Source: an uncultured Gemmatimonadales bacterium
GTDB taxonomy: Bacteria; Gemmatimonadota; Gemmatimonadetes; Gemmatimonadales; GWC2-71-9
Assembly (NCBI GenBank): GCA_963730185.1
Contig: CAVSQW010000008.1
Location: 448,001 to 512,000, forward strand
DNA length: 64,000 nt
Reading direction: 5' to 3'
Notes under the pieces: generated by a model
What the model saw: only the letters and a program-made list of their open reading frames with translations
Told to the model about the DNA's origin: nothing
Database searches by the model: none
Made by a program: the position numbers and the translations under genes
Shown: positions 57,760 through 64,000 of the stretch, piece after piece
Position numbering within the stretch: position 1 is the first letter of the stretch
Layout of the letters: each line of letters opens with the position of its first letter

Positions 57760-58590
57760 TCAGGTCGCCTCCAGGAGCTCGAGGGACACCCCGGCCGCCC
57801 AGGTCGGCCCGACCAGGATCGACCGCGGGCCGAAGGCGGCGTAGGGGACGCCGCGGGCCGACAGGATCCGCTGGGCCGCTACCAGGCTCCGGATCGCGAC
57901 GGTGATCCCGATCGGGGCCAGCTGGTCGGGCACCCGATGTCCGAGCCGGGCGCTCGCGTAGGTCGGCGTCACCAGCCAGAGACGGGTTCGACCCAGGGTT
58001 ACCGTCAGCCCTCCGGCACGGGGGTGGACCCGGGCCCGTCCCACCAGCCGCTCCCAGGCCGCGGCATTCGCGGCCAGCGCTGGATCGACCACGGTCAGCC
58101 CCGCCACCCCGAACGCGGTGTTCGGGTGCCGTTGGTGAGCCGGGAGCCACACCAGCTCGGGGGTGTGGTGCTGACAGAAGAACGCCGGCAGGCCCGGCGT
58201 GGCGTCGTCCCCGAGCGGGACGATCGTGAACCGCGCCTCGGCCGGCCCGGTGGGGCGGGCGACCGGACGGGCGAAGTCGACCGCCGAGCCCGCCGAGACG
58301 CCTCGTTCCCGGAGCGCGCCGGCCGAGGCCCGGGCGTCGTCGGTGGCCAGGGCGATACCGCCCAGCCCGTCGCCCCGAGCCTGGCCCCGGGCCCAGCGCT
58401 CGTTGCCCGGTCCCGGGGTGACGACCGAGAGGAGCTCCAGGTAGTCGCGCTCGAAGACGATGGTGTGGTTGGCGGTGCCCAGCGAGGGGTGGCCGCCGCG
58501 GGGCGTGAGGTCGAACCCGAGCCGGTGGTACGCCGGCGCGGCCCGGTCGAGCTCGCGAACGAAGACGATGGCGTGGTCGAGCGACGGCAC
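57760..58590 (-). CDS. VOC/glyoxalase-like protein
   Basis: LDHAIVFV, GGHPSLGTAN, YLEL and HPNTA (Glyoxalase_3-type). Confidence 0.85.
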   Translation of the reverse strand: MPSLDHAIVFVRELDRAAPAYHRLGFDLTPRGGHPSLGTANHTIVFERDYLELLSVVTPGPGNERWARGQARGDGLGGIALATDDARASAGALRERGVSAGSAVDFARPVARPTGPAEARFTIVPLGDDATPGLPAFFCQHHTPELVWLPAHQRHPNTAFGVAGLTVVDPALAANAAAWERLVGRARVHPRAGGLTVTLGRTRLWLVTPTYASARLGHRVPDQLAPIGITVAIRSLVAAQRILSARGVPYAAFGPRSILVGPTWAAGVSLELLEAT

Positions 58591-58698
58591 GGGCGTCCTC
58601 TCAGTCGAGCCGGTCCGCGAATCTAGGAGCGGACGGGACTTGAAACAACGTAGTCGGCACAGGTCTATTCCACCGGACCCCCACCTGGCTGAGTTCCG

Positions 58699-59061
58699 AT
58701 GCCCCAGCTCCAGAATCCGGACAAGATCCAGCACCACCTGACCAGCACCGCCTTCACCCTCGACGGCTACCGGATCGTCGAGACCCTGGGCGTGGTACTC
58801 GGGATCACGGTCCGATCCCGCTCGGTGGTGGGGACGATGTTCGCGGCGCTCGAAACCATCCGCGGCGGCAAGATCCAACGTTTCATCGAGCTCTGCGAGC
58901 GGACCCGGTCGGAGGCCTTCGAGCTGATGCTCCAGCACGCGGAGCAGCACGGCGGCAACGCGGTGGTGGCGATCCGCTACGACGCGACCGAGGTGATGCA
59001 GGGCGTCTCGGAAGTGCTCTGCTACGGGACCGCCGTGATCGTGGAGCCCGACGCCGCCTGA
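58699..59061 (+). CDS. YbjQ/UPF0145 family protein
   Basis: LGVVLGITVRSR, GGNAVVAIRYD and EVLCYGTAV. Confidence 0.9.
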   Translation: MPQLQNPDKIQHHLTSTAFTLDGYRIVETLGVVLGITVRSRSVVGTMFAALETIRGGKIQRFIELCERTRSEAFELMLQHAEQHGGNAVVAIRYDATEVMQGVSEVLCYGTAVIVEPDAA

Positions 59062-59172
59062 TTCGTTGCTCGGCCGCGCGGCTCGCGGTTTTCCGTGCCG
59101 TGCTGCCGCGATCCGGTCCCCAGGATCGCGGCCACCGCCCTAGCTTGGCCTGACCCCTTCCGGAGTACGGCC

Positions 59173-60738
59173 GTGCTGGCACGGGTTCGGGCCTTGGCCC
59201 TCCTCGGGATCGACGCCCATCCCGTCGACGTGGAAGTCGACCTGGCCTCCGGGCTCCCGTCGCTCACCACCGTCGGCCTCCCGCAGGCCGCCGTGCGCGA
59301 AAGCCGGGAACGGGTCGCGGCGGCGCTCGTCAATGCCGGCTTCGAGTTTCCCCTCAAGCGGATCACCGTCAACCTGGCCCCGGCCGACGTGCGGAAAGAA
59401 GGCTCCGCGTTCGATCTGCCGATCGCGCTCGGCGTCCTGGCCGCAAGTGGGCAGATCCCGGTCGGAGCGCTCGAGGGCGGCGTGTTCGTGGGCGAGCTTG
59501 GGCTGGACGGCGAGCTCCGCGCCCTCCGGGGTGCGCTGCCGATGGCGGCTGGCGCCAAGGCGTTGGGCGCCCGGTGGCTGGTGCTCCCCTGGGGCAATGC
59601 GGCCGAGGCGGCCATCGTGTCCGGCCTCGAGGTGCTGGGCGCCGCCCGGCTCGGCGACGTCATCGCGCATCTTGCCGGCCGGACTCGCCTCGATGCCGCC
59701 ACGCCGGGAACGGACGATCCGCCGAGCGCCGACCGGGCCGACGCACCTGACTTCGCCGACGTCAAAGGACAGACGATCGCCAAGCGAGCCCTGGAGGTGG
59801 CCGCGGCAGGCGGGCACAACCTCCTGTTGATCGGACCTCCCGGGGCCGGCAAGACCATGCTCGCCCGGCGGGTGCCGTCCATCCTCCCGCCGCTGGCCGT
59901 CGCCGAGGCGCTGGAAGTGACCAAGATCCACAGTGTTGCGGGGCTCCTGGCGTCCGGGGCGGGCTTGGTGCGCCGCCGCCCGTTCCGGGCGCCGCACCAC
60001 ACCGTGAGCGATGCCGGCCTCTCGGGCGGTGGGGCCATTCCTCGACCGGGCGAGGTGAGCCTGGCCCATCACGGGGTGCTGTTCCTGGACGAGCTGCCCG
60101 AGTTCCGCCGGCACGTGCTCGAGGTCCTCCGCCAGCCTCTCGAGGACGGCGCGGTGTCCGTGTCGCGGGCCCGCCTGAGTGTCCGCTACCCCGCGCGGGT
60201 CATGCTGATCGCGGCCATGAATCCCTGTCCCTGCGGCTTTCGCGGCGACACCCGGCACGCCTGCGGCTGCAGCGACGAGTCGGTCCGGCGGTACCGGGCC
60301 CGCGTGTCGGGGCCGCTGCTCGATCGGATCGACCTCCATGTGTCGGTCCCGGCGACCCCCTGGTCGGACCTGGCGACCGATCGGCTCGCCGAATCGAGCG
60401 CGGCGATCCGGGCTCGGGTCGAAGCCGCCCGGGCGCATCAGCTGGACCGCTATCGGGAGCGTCGGGCGGTCACCGCCAACGCCCACCTCTCGAGCCGCGA
60501 TGTGCGGAGGTTCTGCGGCCTGACGGCGGAGGGCCGCCGCCTCCTCGCCGGGGCAGTGGAGCGCTTGGGCCTCTCGGCTCGGGCCTATACCCGGATCCTC
60601 AAGGTGGCTCGCACCATCGCCGACCTGGCCGGCGCGGAGCGGATCGAAACCGCCCATTTGGCGGAAGCGGTTCAGTATCGGGGATTGGATCGCCGAGCCG
60701 GTTCGCCGGCGGGCACGGCGGGGGCTACGACGCGGTGA
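59173..60738 (+). CDS. comM: YifB/ComM Mg-chelatase-related AAA+ ATPase
   Basis: VGLP..AVRESRERV, NLAPADVRKEG, GPPGAGKTMLA, FRAPHH, LFLDELPEF, NPCPCG and SGPLLDRID. Confidence 0.9.
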   Translation: MLARVRALALLGIDAHPVDVEVDLASGLPSLTTVGLPQAAVRESRERVAAALVNAGFEFPLKRITVNLAPADVRKEGSAFDLPIALGVLAASGQIPVGALEGGVFVGELGLDGELRALRGALPMAAGAKALGARWLVLPWGNAAEAAIVSGLEVLGAARLGDVIAHLAGRTRLDAATPGTDDPPSADRADAPDFADVKGQTIAKRALEVAAAGGHNLLLIGPPGAGKTMLARRVPSILPPLAVAEALEVTKIHSVAGLLASGAGLVRRRPFRAPHHTVSDAGLSGGGAIPRPGEVSLAHHGVLFLDELPEFRRHVLEVLRQPLEDGAVSVSRARLSVRYPARVMLIAAMNPCPCGFRGDTRHACGCSDESVRRYRARVSGPLLDRIDLHVSVPATPWSDLATDRLAESSAAIRARVEAARAHQLDRYRERRAVTANAHLSSRDVRRFCGLTAEGRRLLAGAVERLGLSARAYTRILKVARTIADLAGAERIETAHLAEAVQYRGLDRRAGSPAGTAGATTR

Positions 60739-61132
60739 GGCTCACCACCATCCGAAGCCGGTACTGGTCCGGCGAGATGGTGGCGTCGGCGGTGCGAGAG
60801 GGAAGGAGCTCGAGCAGCTTGACCTCGTAGGTGCCGTCGGACCAGACGTTGAACCCCGGAGTCGATTCGAGTCGCACCGGATTCTGGGCCGACGAGCCGA
60901 AGATGTCGACCTCCACGCCGGCCGTCCCTTCGGTCACGCAGAGCGAGTCGATCGGGCACCGGCTGTCGCCCACCACGCGGCGGAAGCCGACGGTGAGGTC
61001 GGTGCCCGAAACCCTGACCGTCTGGTTGGGGGCCAACTCGAATTCCTGGCCCACGCCGATCTCGGTCGGCGCGGTAGCCAAGCATCCGGCTAGCGCAAGT
61101 CCCAGCACGGCAAGAAACGCTCTTCGTCGCAT
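60725..61132 (-). CDS. Small lipoprotein of unknown function
   Basis: LAGC lipobox; DSRCPIDSLCVTEG disulfide motif. Confidence 0.75.
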   Translation of the reverse strand: MRRRAFLAVLGLALAGCLATAPTEIGVGQEFELAPNQTVRVSGTDLTVGFRRVVGDSRCPIDSLCVTEGTAGVEVDIFGSSAQNPVRLESTPGFNVWSDGTYEVKLLELLPSRTADATISPDQYRLRMVVSLTAS

Positions 61133-61371
61133 CGGTGATCCAACCTCCGACTCCCCCGGGGCAAGCGCCGTACCAGCCAGGGGCGGGGCCTAACTTCGCC
61201 CCTGGCACCGCGGCCGGGGCGGGCGCCGCCGGGATCGTGTGGGTTCGACACGCAGGATGGACACACCGGCAGCGAATCGCGCCGGCGGCTCGATTGGTGG
61301 TGGTTAGTCAGGGTGGTGGCGGCGGCACGGTCGCACCGCGGGCGCGGCAAGTCGTTGCGCCCGTCGTGGCG

Positions 61372-61899
61372 CTATTTCGTCCCCGGGAACACGTCGTTGA
61401 GTCGATTCACCAGCGCGTACTCGAGCAGGCCGGTGGTGCTGCACGGCACCCGCTCGTTCCGGCCGTCGGGGATGTCGATCGCCTCGGCCTGCATCTGGAG
61501 CTCGAACTGAGTCTTGCCGGCGCCGGACGGCGCGACGGCCATACCGAAGCCGATGTACACGTGCCAGGTGTCGGCGTTGGCCCCGGTCAGCCCCTGGCCG
61601 CAGGAGAAGTAGCGGGAGACCGGGGCCTTGCCGAGCCGGCGCACCGCCCGGAAGCGCGGGTTGCCCAGCTGGCCCGAGCTCTGGTCTTGGACCGTGAGCT
61701 TGAGCCCGAGGTCCTTGAAGATCGGTCCGAGCACCTTCCACACGCTGTCGACGCCGCCGGCGATGACCCCGCGGGTAAGCCCCTGGTCACGATAGAACTG
61801 CACCTGGCCCCAGTCGGTAGTCACCCGTTCGCTCTGGGCGGAGGCGGAACTCACGAAGGCCATGGTGAGGACGAGCGGGACCAGGGTTCGCGTTGCCAT
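61372..61899 (-). CDS. Secreted hypothetical protein
   Basis: Signal peptide MATRTLVPL...ASA; SRYFSCG and CSTTGLLE paired Cys; GGAGG RBS upstream. Confidence 0.7.
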   Translation of the reverse strand: MATRTLVPLVLTMAFVSSASAQSERVTTDWGQVQFYRDQGLTRGVIAGGVDSVWKVLGPIFKDLGLKLTVQDQSSGQLGNPRFRAVRRLGKAPVSRYFSCGQGLTGANADTWHVYIGFGMAVAPSGAGKTQFELQMQAEAIDIPDGRNERVPCSTTGLLEYALVNRLNDVFPGTK

Positions 61900-61960
61900 C
61901 GGTTCGCCTCCAGGAGGGGCAGAATCATTATTATAGCGGTCTCTCTCGACTCGGGACGCC

Positions 61961-62893
61961 GTGGATCCCCTGTGCCACACGCTGGTGGGCGGGTGCCTGG
62001 GCCAGAGCGGCCTCAAGCGCCGCACCGGCCTCGGTCTCGCCACTCTCGTCATCGCGGCCAACCTGCCCGACGTCGACGTGCTGGCCATTCCCTTCGGGCG
62101 GAGCCTCGCCTTTCGTCGCGGCTGGACTCACGGGGTGCTGGCGCTGGCCGTCTGGCCGTTCGTGCTGGCCGGCCTGATGTGGCTCTGGAGCCGTTGGCGG
62201 GCCCGTCCCGCCCGCCCCCCGGTCCACCCGGGCCAGCTGCTGCTGCTCAGCGCCATCGGGGTGCTGACCCACCCGTTCCTCGACTACCTGAATACCTACG
62301 GGCTGCGCTGGCTGATGCCGTTCCGGGATCGCTGGTACTACGGCGACAGCCTCTTCATCGTCGATCTGGGCCTGTGGCTCGCGCTCGGTCTCGGCTACCT
62401 GATGTCCAGGACACGGGAGCGGCAGGGCCGCCCCGAACCCGGCCGGCCGGCCCGGGTGGCGCTGGCGCTCTCGGCCCTGTACATCGGGGCGATGATCGGG
62501 AGCACGGTTGGCGCCCGCCGGCAGGTGCAGGCGGCGCTGGGCGGCGACGAGCGGATCATGGTGGCGCCGGTGCCGATCGATCCCTTCCGCCGCCAGGTGG
62601 TGGTGGACGAGGGGCGGAGCTACCGGACCGGAACGTTCCGCTTCGTGGGGTCGCCGCACCTCGAGCTTGGCCCGGAGGTCACCAAGGGAGACCGCCCGGC
62701 GCTGGTCCGGGCCGTCGGGGCCACTCAGGCGGGAGCTGCCTTCCTCCACTGGGCCCGGTTCCCGGTCTTCGAGGCCCGGCAGGTCGGCGATTCGCTAGAT
62801 GTCCACGTCTACGATCTGCGCTACGCCGCGCCCGGCGGAACGTCTTGGGCCGCCCTCGAGGTCAGGGTGCCAGGGTCCGCGCCGCCCGAATGA
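61961..62893 (+). CDS. YdjM-like membrane metal-dependent hydrolase
   Basis: MDPLCHTLVG, ANLPDVD, RRGWTHG and HPFLDYLNTYG. Confidence 0.88.
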   Translation: MDPLCHTLVGGCLGQSGLKRRTGLGLATLVIAANLPDVDVLAIPFGRSLAFRRGWTHGVLALAVWPFVLAGLMWLWSRWRARPARPPVHPGQLLLLSAIGVLTHPFLDYLNTYGLRWLMPFRDRWYYGDSLFIVDLGLWLALGLGYLMSRTRERQGRPEPGRPARVALALSALYIGAMIGSTVGARRQVQAALGGDERIMVAPVPIDPFRRQVVVDEGRSYRTGTFRFVGSPHLELGPEVTKGDRPALVRAVGATQAGAAFLHWARFPVFEARQVGDSLDVHVYDLRYAAPGGTSWAALEVRVPGSAPPE

Positions 62894-63818
62894 GCGCGAC
62901 GGCGGACTCGAGGTCGGCCCGGGCCTGGTGCAGCGCCCGCTGGGCGTCCGTCATCCCGACCCACTGAAAGCGTACGTCGCCTCCCGGCCGGATCTGGGCG
63001 AACCGGTCCAGGTCGGCGCCGATGACCACCGCCAGCTTGGGGTAGCCTCCCACCGTCGGCCCGTCCGCCAGGATCACGATCGGTTGCCCGCCGTCCGGCA
63101 CCTGCATCGCGCCGACGCAGGTGCCCTCGGATGGCAGGGTCGAGCGGGTGCCCGGCGCCAGCGGGGGGCCCGTCAGGCGGGTGCCCATCCGGTCGGACTG
63201 CGGGGCGACGGTGTAGGGGGCGCGCTCCAGGGACGCCTGGGCGTCGGGCGGAAAGTGACCGACCTGCGGTCCCGCCATCACCCGAATCGGGCTCGGATCC
63301 GGGTGCCGCACCGCGCCCGGCCAGGAGAACCCGGGCGGTGGGGCGGGGAGGTCGGGCGACACGCCGACCGGCAGCTCGTCGCCGGGGCGGAGGAGGCGGC
63401 CCTCGAGCCCGCCGAAGGCGGCCGGCAGATAGGTGCTCCGGCTTCCCAGCACCGGCGGCACCGCGACCCCGCCTCGGACGGCGAGATAGGCGAGTCGGCC
63501 GCCGTCGGCCCGGCCGATCGAGAGCCGCTGCCCTGCCGCGACCCGGAGCGTGGTGCCCGGCGGAGTCGGCCGGCCGTCGATCGCCACCGGTACCGCGGCG
63601 CCGGCCACGGCCACCAGGGCCGGGTCCGTGAAGGTGACGGCCAGCTCCCCCAGCGCCACCTCGACGGCGGCCGCGTCCGGGGAGTTGCCCACCAGGGCGT
63701 TGGCCAGCTGCAGCGCTACCCGGTCGAGGGCGCCGGCCCGCGGCAGCCCCATGGCCCGACCGGCGCGCCATCCCAGATCCTGCACGGTGGCGAAGCCGGC
63801 GCTCGTAACCCGGATCAT
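62862..63818 (-). CDS. pxpC: 5-oxoprolinase subunit C (allophanate hydrolase subunit 2 family)
   Basis: [27 protein letters not shown] and [10 protein letters not shown]. Confidence 0.88.
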   Translation of the reverse strand: MIRVTSAGFATVQDLGWRAGRAMGLPRAGALDRVALQLANALVGNSPDAAAVEVALGELAVTFTDPALVAVAGAAVPVAIDGRPTPPGTTLRVAAGQRLSIGRADGGRLAYLAVRGGVAVPPVLGSRSTYLPAAFGGLEGRLLRPGDELPVGVSPDLPAPPPGFSWPGAVRHPDPSPIRVMAGPQVGHFPPDAQASLERAPYTVAPQSDRMGTRLTGPPLAPGTRSTLPSEGTCVGAMQVPDGGQPIVILADGPTVGGYPKLAVVIGADLDRFAQIRPGGDVRFQWVGMTDAQRALHQARADLESAVALIRAARTLAP

Positions 63819-64000
63819 CCCGCCGCCCTCACGAACCGAACGCGGTCACCCACCGCCAGGAGGTTGGGCGGGTCACGGTCCGGTACGAAGAGCGCCGCTG
63901 GCGTCGAGCCGATCAGATGCCACCCGCCCGGTGTCGCGGAGGGGTAGATGCCGGTCTGGGCGCCGGCGATCGCGACCGAGCCCGCCGGAACTCTGGTGCG
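63815..64000 (-). CDS. pxpB: 5-oxoprolinase subunit B, C-terminal part (runs off the window end)
   Basis: The minus strand reads [31 protein letters not shown]...VGDRVRF; ATGA overlap with pxpC. Confidence 0.85.
   Translation of the reverse strand, partial: RTRVPAGSVAIAGAQTGIYPSATPGGWHLIGSTPAALFVPDRDPPNLLAVGDRVRFVRAAG

Noticed and set aside
59173..60738. Mg-chelatase as evidence of phototrophy
   Set aside because: The Lon-like N-terminus and CPCG motif identify YifB/ComM, not BchI/D, and there are no photosynthesis genes in the window.
61232..61255. GTGGGTTCGA resembling a tRNA T-arm
   Set aside because: There is no matching T-stem, cloverleaf or acceptor stem.

Overview
This is a high-GC bacterial chromosomal window with dense, mostly intact coding sequence. 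It most likely comes from Gemmatimonadota, inferred from the gene repertoire: ADOP-type permeases with PadR, DUF4097 pairs behind an ECF sigma/anti-sigma pair, a stand-alone TonB plug protein, a beta-propeller and an M6 protease. Several single-base indels at short homopolymers suggest long-read consensus errors. In order, it contains: (1) an alternative complex III operon (actABCDEF) and a nearby blue-copper lipoprotein, both preceded by Rex/CRP-type boxes; (2) an ECF sigma/anti-sigma pair; (3) a compact ceramide operon (spt, bCerS-like GNAT, CerR-like reductase) extended by an Aur1/IPC-synthase-like PAP2 gene; (4) an M6 metalloprotease with a dockerin-like C-terminal tail followed by a small beta-rich lipoprotein, a candidate surface docking pair; (5) an orphan IorB-type molybdoenzyme; (6) a TetR-TolC-MFP-RND-ABC efflux operon; (7) a D-aminoacylase/GntR/permease unit divergent from a penicillin-acylase gene; (8) an SPFH-RHH operon with a phased triple-palindrome operator; (9) an ECF-DUF4097-ADOP module; (10) a GT2/methyltransferase/two GT-C/methyltransferase/desaturase cluster; (11) PadR-ADOP, ComM/YifB and pxpBC. 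I found no rRNA, tRNA, CRISPR array or mobile element.
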